64,000 bases of DNA, taken from positions 16,802,001 to 16,866,000 of the forward strand of contig OZ296656.1 in assembly GCA_965655095.1 (NCBI GenBank), given 5' to 3'. The notes under the pieces are model-generated. The model was not told where the DNA came from. It was given only the letters and a program-made list of their open reading frames with translations, and did not search any database. This stretch comes from Haplodiscus bocki (Eukaryota). The translations under genes were made by a program, and so were the position numbers. Of this stretch, positions 50,231 through 62,989 are shown piece by piece; the stretch's first letter is position 1, and every line of letters starts with the position of its first letter.

Positions 50231-53200
50231 TTAGTGGTTCAAACTGAGTAAGAACTTTGCGATTGTTGGTTGATTGCTTAGTTCAAGCATGAGCTTGTCC
50301 TGGCAGATCCTAGCTTTGGGATTCTCCCGTAATTTGTACCGTGTTGAGTGTGTGAGAGCATGGCCTTGCTCTTGTGATTCGTGATCACCCTTGTCGTGTA
50401 AAGGTGTTGAAGCTGGCTGAGGAGGTACATTGACCGGTTTATGACTGACTGGGTGTTTTTCACATTCGAGTTTTGGTGAGTCGTACTTTGGGGATGATAG
50501 GTCATCGTGAGGTGTAGCTACAGGTGCGTCCTCTTGGAGTATGGGAGGAATTTCGAACCGAGTCATATGAGGTGTGGGTATCGTGGTTTCAGGTTTGGGT
50601 AATAATGTGGTACGCAGGCTTCCGGTTGTAGCTTTATCACGAGTTCTTGAGGGTTTTCCGTCTGGTGACGGATTTTCTTTTCTGATTTTTGATCCTGACA
50701 CCGTGTGGTTGTGAGATGAAAAAAGAGCACATTCATTAATCGTATCCAGGTGTTGGTAAAATTGGTGTTCATCTACTTGAATGTCAAGGACAATCTCGTG
50801 TAATATGAATCTGCGGAGTCGCATGCGATGCACGCGTTGCGTTTTGTGGGTACCAGGTTTGCAATTGACGTAAACGGGTTGTGTGATAATTTCGTGACTT
50901 TGTATGAACCGTTTCAGAGGAGTATTTTGAACTGTGTGTTGTCTGACTGTGTGTAGTACTTAGGGTTCGAGAAAAAAACGTAGTTGCTGACTTTCAACGG
51001 TTGTACAGACGCTTTTCTTTTGTGGTAGTTCTTGTACTTGTGGAAAGCTTTGAAGATGTTGGCGGTTTTGTCTTTGTACTTTTGGTTGATTTCATCAATC
51101 AGAGTGTGGAGTTGGACTTTGGTACAATTCCTTTGCCTTGGATTGCTTAATTTGAGATCCAAAGCGTTGTAAGGAATGAGTCCATGAGAATTGTCAGTGA
51201 AGTACGTTTCAGTGTTATGTGGTACGTTGTGTTGTGTGCCATGATAACTAGATTGAAGTACCAGCCAAGTGAGGTTTGTCTGCAGCTACACTAATCTTCA
51301 GAATTGTTTGAGCTTTTGATGGATCCATTCGATCATCCCAGTGGTTTGTGCTTGTTTGATTGTAGCATGATTGGTCTTACTGCCACATCGACTCATGAGT
51401 TCAGTCAGTACTTGAGGAGCAATTGCCGCTCGTTTGTCAAACGGTCTATGTCTCGGAACATATGCATGTTGAGTTGAAATCTGTGGGAGTGCATGAACAA
51501 CTCAACTGGCGCTCACTTGTCGGAGAGGACCTCCAAAGATGTATCGTTGAAAAACGTCGCAAGCGGTCAGGATCTGCGTAGAACCGTTTGAAGCTGGTAA
51601 TTCTCCGACAAGGTCAACCTCCATTACGTCTTCCGGTCCAACGCCCGGATTATAGATTCGCTCTAGTGGAGGTTGGAGTTGCGTGTTAGAGCAACGCGTG
51701 GCTCATATGCGCATCTGACACCTTTCAATGTAGTGCTGAACTTTACGAGTGAGGTCGAGAACGTAGTACCTAGATTTTAGGACTCTAAACGTTTCAGATG
51801 CACCAGGGTTTCCCTGTATGGTGTTCTCATGCAGTGTCCTGAATATGTCATTTTATTATGTCATCAGGGACTCCTGTTTGCTTGCTCGTGGGTTTACCGG
51901 TGTGGTCGACGTACTGTCGGTACAGGAAGTTGTTGATTACTTGTAATCGATTTTGGTTCCTCACACGTTTTTTAAAGAACTGACTTTCAAAGTTGGGCAG
52001 TGAAGGAGGTTGCTCTCCGTCACGAAGGACACGGATTACTCCTTGAACGTTAACGTCGTTAAATTGTGCCGTTAAAGTTTCATGGTCCGCTATGGGAGTT
52101 AACGGGTTCATTGCGGAGTGGTGTTGTGAACGCTTCGGGACAAACTGTGTGTAGTATGCAACGTCAGAGGAAGTGTGCTCATCGTGTTGGGTAATGTGAC
52201 CGCGCATGAGTTTCAGCCGGGGCTTGCAGTCATCCTCTGATTCACCATCACGTCACCTAACCATCATCAGTAACGCACGGACATCCGCCGCGGTTGTGGG
52301 GGGGCGGAGTGGCTGCACTATCGGTTAACAGTGATGGATCGGCATGGAAGTCTTTTTCGTCATCGGCTTGTTTGATTGAGTCAGTAAGTTTCAGTTGATT
52401 CCTGTCCACTGGTGCTACCTTTAAACGAGAAAGGTAGTCAGCGGCAGGATTCTTGATACCTGGTACTTGCGCGAGTTTTAAATTGAACTGAGGGGCTGAG
52501 TCAAAGAAAGTCCTTAATTTCGGAACAAAATGTTCCTGGAGAAAACTAGTTGAAGCCTTATTATCCCTCATGACTGTGGTAGGTTATTTTACGCCCCAGA
52601 AGACGTGTCCAAACTTGTCAAGTGCAAAGTGCATGGCTAAAAATTCCTTAGCATGAACCGTTAAAGTCATTTGTCCTCCAGTCAACTGATGGGACCTAAA
52701 AACGTTAAGAGCATAGGTTTTCGATTACGTTCTGTTCCTGTTTGCCAGTCTTCAATCAACAGCACATAGCCCGCAGCGTGTTCGCTCGCGTCGCTCAAAA
52801 TTACCAATTGGTGGTCGGGTATTGGGAGCCGTAACGAAAATTTGGCTGCCTTGGCGAGAATTTTGTTTATGTCGAAACTCGGTTTTTTGGTGGACTTGAG
52901 TTTGAGATTTTGTGTCTTTTTGTAGCAACTGGTACAGCGAGAAGACATTCTCGGCTATGTTTGGGATAAATTGCTTGTAAAAGTGAACGAACCTTCTGGA
53001 GTGACTTCACTGAAGTCAAGAGTTAAAGGTTTGTTTAGAAAAGGTCTATTTTTTCGAGAATGGGGTCTGTACCTTGTTTGCTAAAGGATTTGCCTAAAAA
53101 TTTGATCTGACCTTGGCCAAACGCACCTTTACCCGTAAGCAGTTTAAGAACTGCAAGTTCTATTCGCTGAAACACTAATTCAATGTTTTGGAGAAGTTCG

Positions 53201-54800
53201 TCTGCAAAATGCACTGCTTTGCCGATAGCAACAACGTATTGAACGCATCTATCAGTTTTTATCACAGGATCAAGGTATTCTGGGACAAAACTTTTGAGCG
53301 CTGAGAGTGACCTATTCAAGGCTTGAGCAAAACCTCGTCACGCGAAAGTACGTGCGCCGAAGTTAATTGACAGTAGTTGAGTCGATTGCTCATCTGCCTT
53401 TTGCAGGCACTGGCAGGCTTGGGAACAACCAAGCCTAGAAAAGTACCTTTTCACGCCATATTCTGAGCTGCATCAGCAGTCTTTGTGATTGGGGGGTTGT
53501 GCTCGTTGTGATCGTGCTTGATGAGGTGGTTGATTTGTCTCAGGTCCCCTAAAATTAGGTTCCCATTATGTTTACAGTGGGCAAAAGTGGGCAATGAGTA
53601 CTTGTTAAAAAGCAGTTTGGTAATTAAATCGTATTCTTGCTGTGACGCGAGTTAAACAAGCATCTCATCTTTGAGGTTCGTTGACGTTGTTGGGTTTTGC
53701 GCGTAGACGGGCTCATAATGTTTGGGAGTTAACTTATTTATATTTTCGTTGTCAATCCTTATTAGGTCTATGTCAAGTCTAGATTTAATCCCCATTATCA
53801 AGTCTCTGTCTAGCGAAAATCTTGTTATACTATATCAGTACCGTTCTACCATAGCTTGATCTTCGAAAGTCAGTTAACAGTTTTTGGAGCTGAATTGATC
53901 CAGAAAAGCCCTGCGCATTCGGTTTAGTCTTTCGAGATCACGGAGTCGCACGAGTTCATTAGAAATTCGCCTTTCAACGGGGAGGAGCTTCGTGGGATCC
54001 TCGCACGTCCCAGGAATAGGGTACCATTGTTTGTCGGACGGTGAATTGGGAGTCTGGATGAACTGATTGATAACGTTGTTGGCTTCCTCGAGGTGTGAGG
54101 AGACAAGGGTGAGTTGTTCCAACGACATTGTTTGCACGTGATTTGCTCGTCCGAGTGTGAGTGTTTTGAATTTAGCGAAAACGGTTCCGTGGTTTATGCT
54201 GAACGAGTGGGCATTCGGGTTCGTAATTTGAATGGTTGTCCGTCTGTCTTGGAGTTGTTTTATCGCTGGAGTCACTATGAGGTCAGATTTTCGGGTGAAA
54301 GCGGAAGTAGCTTCAGTGATGTCGAAAGAAATGTCAATTGCAATTGCTGCAATAGTTGGTGCCATATCTTGTTAGAACGGGCCTACAACATTTTTTTGGA
54401 GGGTTTTCAGTTCAAAAGTTCCGCATCGGAATTTCCGATGTTGTGACCAAAGCTGTAATGACAGGTCCGAGAAATGAACAACGTTGTTCTTGAGTTCGAG
54501 CATCACTGATAGAAAAAGACATGCCGATGTGAAAGTTGTCCTTGGTTGGCAGTACAATGAAGATCTCCCCAAATTTTCTCCTGCAAGAAAAAAATCGAAG
54601 TTGGATTGTTTTCGGATGGGCACAATGTTGCCGTTGGCTATCTGAATTTTGTATACAAGTGAGGGTGGTTCTTCTAGCAGCGCTGAGATTTCGGCAGTGA
54701 GTTTGCTGCGTAGCTCATTTTCGGACATAGCGCGTTGTATGGTGCCAGTGCCAGGAAGGGCATGACTTTGGTAATCACGAACTTGCAAGGTATGTACAGC
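50231..54800 (-). pseudogene. pol: Gypsy pol: aspartic protease, RT, RNase H, integrase (decayed)
   Basis: PR ALPGTGTIQRAMSE (decayed DTG, ~54750). RT FAQALNRSLSA and RCVQYVVAIG (decayed YVDD, ~53235). RH LVILSDASEHAAGYVLL and VPGIKNPAADYLSRL. IN NPGASETF, EVDLVGELPASNG..ILTACDVF and VHRMRLR. Confidence 0.9.
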
Positions 54801-55199
54801 ATGCGGTCTTTTTTGTTCAGTCTGTGAGTTGCAGACAAGGGGCGGACTCCTACTTGTGGTCTCTTGGTGCGGCAATTTTGTCTTGTCAGGTCGTCTATCA
54901 CTTCGGGTGACACTTTTTATATCTAGTGGTGTGGTACCGTCAGATTGTGTGCTTTTTCAGGATTCATCGGTAGAGGGGCTTTGCCTGTTAGTGGCCGCAC
55001 TGTCGGCCAGGCGTGTGCTCGGGATCAGGTGATAGTTGTTGTCGGTGGTCTGAGTCAAGACGTATTTTTTAAGGGAGGAGTTGCACACCCTAGGAGGCTG
55101 CCGGCATCCGTTGGGTTCGCTGTCTTTGGTAGTTTTAGTCGTTTTTTTTTAGTTTTTCTAACACATTCATGTGATTTAGAGAAGATAAAAGGCGCACTT

Positions 55200-56700
55200 T
55201 TGTCATTTTGCTGTGGGTGACATGGCATGATCAGTTTCGAGACTGTTCGTCTTCGCTCCCCGATAAGTTGGAGAAATCAGGTTGCTTGGTGACTTCGTTC
55301 AGTGGGGCCCGTTTAGGAGATGATTTGAATTTCCTACAGAATTTCTTGTTTTTGTGCGTATTCTGCTTGTCATACGGGACATTTCGAAATGCAGTTGTGT
55401 CTCTCGCTCTGTGTCTACTGTCTGGTGCTGAGTGTATCCACTTGAATTGCGCACCATTTTTGAATTGTACTTCGGTCACTCTTGCTGTGGTTACTCTTGT
55501 GGTTGTCAATTGGCCTCGTCACCTTTCTTGCTACGGCTTTTCATTTTTTATGTCCCCTTTTCCCACAGTAATGGCACTCTCCGCTGAAATGAGGACTATC
55601 ATTTGTGAAAGTGGTGTTGTGAAAGTCTTGTGGTGGTCTGTTGTAGCGGTACGTGATATCGTTTAATGGCATTGCCTGGTTTGGTTGAGGGATCACTTGT
55701 TGGTATTGGAATCGTCGTAGTGCAAGAACTTTGATCTACCCGACTGATGCATCAACTTTCCCTGCAGTGGAGAGTTCGTGCTGAATTTTTATCGGCAATT
55801 TGCCGAACAGAAGTATTTCAACAAATTTGGAGATCTTGTCGCCAAATGCTTGATTGGCTGTCTTTTTTAGCGTCTTCAGAAATTCTGTAAAAGTTTCCTT
55901 GATGGTTGCATAGATGAGTTGGTTGCCTATGTAATTGATTACTTCTATGAAATTTTTGGGAGCATTTTTTTGCTGAATTTGTAGGAGGAAGTCTCTAAGG
56001 GTGGCTTCTGAGTTGACTCTCAGTGTTTGCCAAAACTCAATGGCTTCATCTCTCAGGAGGTTTGGGAAGTCGTGTAGTTTGTTTCCTTCTTTGATCCTGT
56101 GTTAACGGGGTTGCATGTGGTTGAGGAGTAAATGTTCAAACTCATTGAATTTGTCTTTGGACCCTCGGAATTTGGGTACTTGAGTGTGGAACACTTTGTT
56201 CGGTGACATCACGTTGGAGGATTGCGGGGATTCTGTTGGTTGCCCTTGCTATCTGATTCATCTGGGATGAGGTCTATTCTACGGGTCGTTCGTCTTCATC
56301 GTCAAAGCTGAATCCTCGGTGATGTGGTGGCAATTCTGGAGAAGTGAGTCGGTCGGGTAGTGCGAGTGTGCTGAGTGGCGTGAGGGCGGGGTTTGCTGTT
56401 CCTGACACCTTTTCAGACCGTCTTGTGCTGCCCTTCAACGTGAGGAGACGGTTTTTTCGTGACATCTGTGCGCTTGTTCACCTCGAAGCTTTTCCATTAG
56501 CTCACAGAGATGAGCCAACTGTCAAGTGATTGGGTCTGTTACAAGTTAATTTGACGCCCAACGTCTTTACACGTGACGGATTCACTCGGTGATGTCTCAT
56601 TTTCGGGATCTGAGATTCTCGGAGTATATTCTAGCAAAAGTTCGGTGTGAGTGTTACAATCCGTTTCCTCAATTTCTACCGCGACCAATCGTTTCTTATT
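55200..56700 (-). pseudogene. gag: Gypsy gag (begins inside the 5' LTR; CCHC knuckle)
   Basis: VPKFRGSKDKFNEFEHLLLNH (~56120-56180), LLRDEAIEFWQTL, zinc knuckle ECHYCGKRGHK (~55548-55582). Confidence 0.8.
56392..56410 (-). other. Primer-binding site, tRNA-Leu-like (degenerate)
   Basis: Minus-strand aGGTGTCAGGAac directly after the 5' LTR resembles TGGTGTCAG(G/A)A, complementary to the tRNA-Leu 3' end. Confidence 0.6.
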
Positions 56701-57674
56701 TCCAGGAAAACAGGCTTTGATTATATAATAAAATCGAATTTAGTAGAGTTAGAGCTAATGTCTGTAATGAGAGAGAAGATATTTTCAGAGATAATTTCAG
56801 CACGAAAATCAGAAAAATGTCTTGTGAGATGTTCTATTTCTCTCTATCTGCGGTTTTTGTTGGTTTGCTTAAACTCACCTTTTGCGTGCCCAATAAATTG
56901 CACTAATTGGTCACGTGGTTTTGAGTCTGTCACGTGATCGTGATTCGGGCCCGTGACTGGCTGCTGGTCTTCACACTTAGTTCTTTTCAAAAGATTCTGA
57001 CAATAAGTGGACCTCAATTTCAGCCTAATATGTTCATGTCGTTCCTACTGCATCATAATTGCTCAACTCCTATCACGAAAACTATACTTCCGTAATTGCA
57101 TTGTTATCTGAGTAAATACAACAAAATGGTTGACATCAATTGACTCAAATCAAAATGGCTAGAAACAGAAAAGTATACCGTGTTGAGATATTTTTGTTCA
57201 CGGGATTAATGAATGAGTTTAGAAAAAGTTGCTAACACAAAATTCACACTGCCCTATGATGATATCTCCGAATACTATTTATCACAAGCGTGATGCTGAT
57301 TTCATGAATTTTACACCTTGATATAAACAAATTAGTTTTCACTCATTGCACTGTTAGTAAGAGATTGATGCAGGAAACACTGGACGAGTTCAAATTATCG
57401 TGATTTGGAAGATTTTCACCAAAACCACTGCACGCGATTCTCTAGCACTATCGTAGCACAGATTTCGTTATATAAGACATGAATCGCTTTCACACCAATG
57501 GGTAGGAAGTAATAAGTCATAGTAGCGTTCATATCGGTGTGTTGTTATGGAGCTGCATAAATTGCTTATGTATTAGTTTGTAATGAATAAATTGAAAATT
57601 CTTATAGATAACATAGGCTAGTTTCATATTCGTTTTTATGTTGAGTTTATATCTTCCTTCTTGCTGGCATGACA
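56411..57674 (-). repeat. Gypsy 5' LTR (~1.26 kb)
   Basis: Aligns to 42311-43599 with many substitutions. Confidence 0.92.
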
Positions 57675-57949
57675 CAGATCTAGGATCAATTTTTCAGACA
57701 CACACCTATTTGAAATTGAATGTTTTATAGAGCACCAAAAACATTGAAGCTTTTGTTGGGAGAGTCACATTTTTGACTCACAGCGCCAAAAATTTTGTGA
57801 AGTGAATAACAGTTTTGTCTCACAATGCCGAAAGTTTTGTGAGGTTCTTTTCGGTGGGATCCAATTTTTTTGAGCTTTGCTACTGCTTTTCTGTTCAAGG
57901 TGTTTTTGTGCATATTTTGACTTGTTGTATATGTTTTTGACACGACTAA

Positions 57950-58218
57950 CATTTGAAAACATCAACAGATTTTAGTAATTAGAGGCGTCATCAAACTTTC
58001 AGTTCAAGTCGCTGGTAATTATTGTTAATTAGTTAGTTTGCATGGCTATTTGAATCTTAGGATATTTTGGGATTTCGGGTATTTTGGCTTGGGGTTTCTG
58101 GGGCTTTAATATTGTGGGACTTTGGGTATTTTGGCCTCTGGTTTTTTGGTCTTTGGTATTTTGGCCTTGGGTAATTTGGGCTTAGTTATTTTAGGTTTGG
58201 GTATTTTGTCCTGCAACC
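57950..58218 (-). repeat. Orphan TIR end related to the element B TIR, with ~10 copies of a 15-bp unit (gggtattttggnctt-like)
   Basis: ggcgtcatcaaactttcagttcaagtcgctg matches ~41942-41972. Ends gggtattttgtcctgcaacc, like ttattttgtctcgccacc at 42131. Confidence 0.75.
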
Positions 58219-58911
58219 AATTTGACAACATGTACGCCTGATGACATCCTGAGGATGGCGGTCTATGGCTTTTTGGTATTTTCTACAATTCTGTTTGACC
58301 GATTGTGTAAATGAGGTGGCTTTGTGATTGTCATGAGGCTCAGCTCTTCCATACTCGCTCCAAAATTCTCCACATCTTTGGCCAGATTACGTAATACGTC
58401 TTCTCAACTTCTGAGCTGTTGTTTTGTCTTCGACTTGACGGCTACTAGCATGTCATACTGCCTTGAAAGAAATATTTGGAGAAAAAATCAAAAAGATTTT
58501 TTTCAGCAAGCGAATCTCAGTACGGGTACAATTAGTGAAAACTTATGTGGCCTAATTATCAACGAGTTCTTCCTACTATTTGATTACCAAGATTCTTGAT
58601 TGCTCCTAAATTTAATCCCCTGAGATCATTTTTGGAACCACAAAAAATTCACTGATTTTTCACCAACGTGATCTAACTTTTTCTTTAAAAAGTTTGCTTA
58701 TTCATCTTGAATTTTTTTCATTCTTTAATTTTAGTAAACCAATTTTAGTATTTGTTTACGACGATGATGATTTTTGACTTACATCGGAAAAATTAAATCC
58801 CAAATGAACTCAAAATTACTTAACTTATCTATCTTAGATCATCTTTCCGCTTTCAAAATCATCAGCATTGATTACATTTGCTAAAATCAGAACTTTTTAC
58901 TTCTGAAACTT

Positions 58912-60756
58912 TGTCGCGAGGGTGGTAGAATATTTTGGTTCAAATTTCTTTTGAAAATACTTGTCACTTTCTTGGCGTGCGGCCGTTACTGAATAGACAA
59001 CCTTAAGTCTCAAAGTTGCCTTGCCGGCCCGCGTGAACAAAGTAGAGCGTGAATTCGCTGGCATGGACTTAGTGAATAGCTATGGAGTGGCCTAAAACTT
59101 TGTTAAGATTTTATTCAAAGCAAGCATTTCTATCATATAAACCGAGAAAGTTATGGCTTCAAACCTAATACTTGTAATGTCAGACGTGGTTGAGAGTTAA
59201 GAGAGGGAACGGTACTAATTTAGGCACATAAGATTTGGTTCAAATTTCGCTCTATTCCAATAATACTCAAAGTTAGCAACTTTACCACTTTGGAGCTGTT
59301 TGAACTAGGTTATAAACACCCAATAATTTTAATCCAGAATGACAATTCAAAATCTTTCAACTATATTATAGGGAAAATTTTGTTGCACGCGCTTCTATTT
59401 GTCGCGAAAGTAAAATACTAAATTAACGGTAGCTCCAGTAACCAGAATTATTACCTTTTCTAATCTTGAAAGAGATAAGTTGCCACTGAGCACCATCGAT
59501 TTGCTTTAGGTCTGTTCTAGAACGAAGAGTAAATTCACCCGTCTTTTCTAGTAGTTTATTTTAAAAGTGTTCCTCTAAGTCAGTTTTAGCCAAGACTAAG
59601 TCATTCGCGTAACAAATCAACCTAGCGATTTCTCTTGGGCCAGTACGTAGTTGTCAACCCGTAGAAAAATATCTCGGGATTTTGTTGACCGCTGGCTCAG
59701 TTCCGATCAGAAGTTTGGATTATAAACTCAGACGACATAACTCGCTTTATGGCGTAGCGACCGTGCGATTTCTCCTAGGTTCAGGCAATTACCATTGGAT
59801 ATCAAATGAACCTGATTCTGATTGAAACTGGGTTAGTAAGTAATTTTATTTAAGACAGCATCATTTCACTTCAATGGAGGAAGCCAATAAAGGCACAACC
59901 CCAAAAGGGAAGGACCACTGAGCGATTTCTCTTAGGTATCGGGAGGTTTTATTGAGCTCCTGTTCAGAGCAATTTCCGCGGCAACTCCTATTCAGAGTAT
60001 CTGCTGAGGGACCCGATCCTAATTAACTAAGTTTTCTGGCGAGATGTACTCTACCAAGGTTAGTCATTTTAAATACCAACAATTTATTTGGTTTATTTTA
60101 AATGGAGTTGCTGTTGATGGCTCTTGTTGGTTTCTCTTCACAAAAGCATTATTTTCTTGATATTCTTCGAAAGTTGAGAATAGTTGGGTCAGTCTCGGAA
60201 TAAGAATGGTCAAAATTTGAAGATATTTGAAGTTTTTGTTAAGTTTTCAATTTAGAGAGTTTTTAGAATTTCAGGGAAAGAGAGTTGAAATTTTTGTAGT
60301 TTTCGATTTCACAGTTGGTAGTTGTCAGTAGGCGATCAGAAAAGTTATGATCTTTCATTTTGGCGCCCGGCGCTCAATGTTTCCGTGCTCTCGTACTTTT
60401 TATGACCAACGACGGGAAGCCACCCGCCAAGGAGTACCGAAAATGGTGATCCTCCAAAAGGAGTCAAAAATTGAACTCTTAGGAAGCAAGGTGTGCCGTT
60501 CGTTAAGCAATAAAATCAACCTCCGAGAACGGGGGGGGGGGGGGGTAACGAGTAGAAAAGCTTCGTTGATATCCGTCTGAAAAAACCAACGAAATTTTGA
60601 AATTTCAAAAAATGCAATTCCAACTTTGTTACCGCTCTCCAACAACTATCCCTTCAAACCGTAAGGTGCTATTTTTAATTCTATTATGTCATTTCTAAAC
60701 TTAGAATTAGCACTCTTTAGCGTTATGGCTCGTTTAGCGTTATGTCTAACGCGACA
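58912..60756 (+). mobile_element. Long solo-LTR-like repeat, copy 2
   Basis: Begins TGTCGCG and ends CGCGACA. Inverted homolog of 20584-22441. Confidence 0.7.
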
Positions 60757-62989
60757 GTTTTTTATATCGGGGTGTACTTTTTAAGTGAAAATGAAACAAT
60801 CAAAAACCTTTTATGTCAACTCAAATTTTAAGACAAACAGTTGGGCTCATCACAAACAGGTGGACTACACTCTAGCTATAAATATACGTCTGCTAAAGTG
60901 CAATTCAGAAACCTCCAGACCAAATTAATTTTCAGCAGGTAAGTTTTACCAAGGCTTCCAGTAGCTCCGGGGACATCACATTGCTGCATACAGCATGGCA
61001 ATATCTGAAGGTTTTCAGGCAGTTTAAATTACATAGATGAGCAACATAAAAAATAGAGTAATTCAATATTTAAAGTAAAAGTTTCCAACTCTTGTGATAG
61101 TTGTATCAAAGTTTTCAAGTGGAAACCATTGTGATCCACAAGAACTTCTCGAAGTTGTTGATTTCCCAATTTTTTTTCAAAACGTACCAGTTTTGGATAT
61201 TGTTCTTTTGTCTGAAACTATTTTTTTAACGCGGAGTCCGAGTATTTTAATGAGCTAGCAAACGACCCTCTCATAAAGATCAACACATGCTTTTTTCATC
61301 GTATCGTTAAAAAATTGCAAAAGATGCTGCGGCGATGTCAAGTACTTTTCAGACTAGTAACTAACGACAACAGTCGTGTGCGCTGTGTTACAACGAGCGT
61401 CCGGTTTCGAGTTCAACTTCTAGCAACACTTTGAGAAAAATCGATTCCCTTTTTACTCACTTCCCTTTTTTCAAAGTACGTTTCTTCCTCTGTTGGAAGG
61501 AATCTATTACCTTAGTTCAGAAGAATTTTAGAACTTCACTCCAAAAACAAAAATTTCGAAACTTTGTTGTAATAATCTCGCCCAGATTTCAGATTCGGAG
61601 AAAAAGTTTTAGTATTGTGTCTTTTTCGAAATTGAGCAAACAAATCGTACTCTACGCCAAGATGTTTTGCCATTTTCCTCAATCAGGGTCACAAACCTCG
61701 GGGTAGATTTAGAGAGTTTCAGAGCCATACAAACACTTTTGACGTTTTGCACTTTTCAAGAGAAGGAAACCGAAGAAATTGTTAACATAATATACAAAAG
61801 CAGCTACTTTTTGCAATATTTTTTAACAGTGTCAGCTATTTTAGCTTGCTTTTAACTTTTTCATATACGCATGCAATTCAAATTACAAAAAAACGTTGAA
61901 TTCCGAGAATCTGTTTCACATTCCGAAAATTTCCATCAGAAAAGTTGTTTTAGTGTTCTGAAGTAAACGGAAAATCAGCTAATACCCCGATTTTCTTAGA
62001 GGGTTTGCAATTCCAATTTCAGTGAGAACTTTTTTTGGGTTTCTCAAACTGACACAACAGAAGTAAAAATTTCGTGAAAGATGTTTTTTTAGTGTTTGAT
62101 TGGCCTAATTGAAAAATCTGATGTCTTAAATTGTACCAAAAAAACTAGATTCGAGTTTCCGACAAAAATAAACGCATTTGTCTGCTTCATTAACTATTTT
62201 GTAACAAAGTCAAATTAATTTGAGACAGATGCTAAAAAACTGCTCAAAAGAACAAAAAACTCTCAGTTGTCTTCTCAGGGAGATTTTTGGCAGTTTAACA
62301 TGAACAGGGAATGAACATTTTTCAAAAAATCTGCGGAGTTTTTGCTTGTCTGCTGTCTCATTTTGTTTTCCTGCTACAGCTGCTTTCAAAACCAACACCA
62401 AAGATTTTTCATCAAACGTTAAAACATTTGCTGAGGAGAGAGCTTGCTTTTAAGGTTTTCAAATCAGGAACAAACATTTTCGCAAAAATTCTCAGGTTTT
62501 ACTCGGTTGCCCTCCAAATCATCTTTGTGGCCGGCCGAATGAAAAAAAAGTATTCAATTTTGAAATTTTCCCAGAATTCTGATTTGATCAGGCAACTTTT
62601 TGGTCCTCACAACTCGGCCTGTGAAAGCGACATTTTTTTACTTTTCTAAACAGCTTTTGTTCTATTGCTCCTTAAAGTAGTTTTTTGACTATTGCGGCAT
62701 CAAGTAGCTTCCAAACGCAAATACTGCAGCCAAAAGTGATCCGATTTTAGTTATTATAGTTATTAAAAGGTAAGGTAGTCACTGGGCCACAAGCGTGCCT
62801 CTTTGTGCGCTAAGATTCGTTATGGTTCTTGAAAGAAACTCATATGTATTTAACATCTCTTTTTTTGACGTTGTCAGACTGTTCGCAGTTCAAAAGATTT
62901 CGCTCTCGGTAACAGCGATCCCGAAATTCATTTTTCAATCAGTATCTAAACTTCAAGTTTTTCGACGAGGTTGAATTTTTCACTGACAA

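Larger units (their letters stand above)
42311..57674 (-). mobile_element. Large Ty3/Gypsy LTR retrotransposon (15.4 kb), decayed, with extra 3' genes
   Basis: Direct LTRs 42311-43599 and 56411-57674. Near-perfect 5-bp TSD cacat (42306-42310) / cagat (57675-57679). PBS and PPT present. Domain order gag-PR-RT-RH-IN. Confidence 0.93.

Noticed and set aside
14050-58218. CRISPR-like arrays (14.1 kb, 26.8 kb and 58.1 kb repeats)
   Set aside because: Degenerate or tandem units without unique spacers, no cas genes, eukaryotic context.
60361-60370. tggcgcccgg as a tRNA-Lys PBS
   Set aside because: The match is short, differs in copy 1, and lies inside the TG...CA-bounded unit rather than after it.
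20584-60756. Inverted 1.85-kb repeats as the TIRs of one 40-kb element
   Set aside because: Each copy has its own TG...CA ends, they are strongly diverged, and there is no shared outer TSD.
61370-61430. tRNA/SINE B-box-like ggtttcgagttc
   Set aside because: No A-box or cloverleaf could be built.
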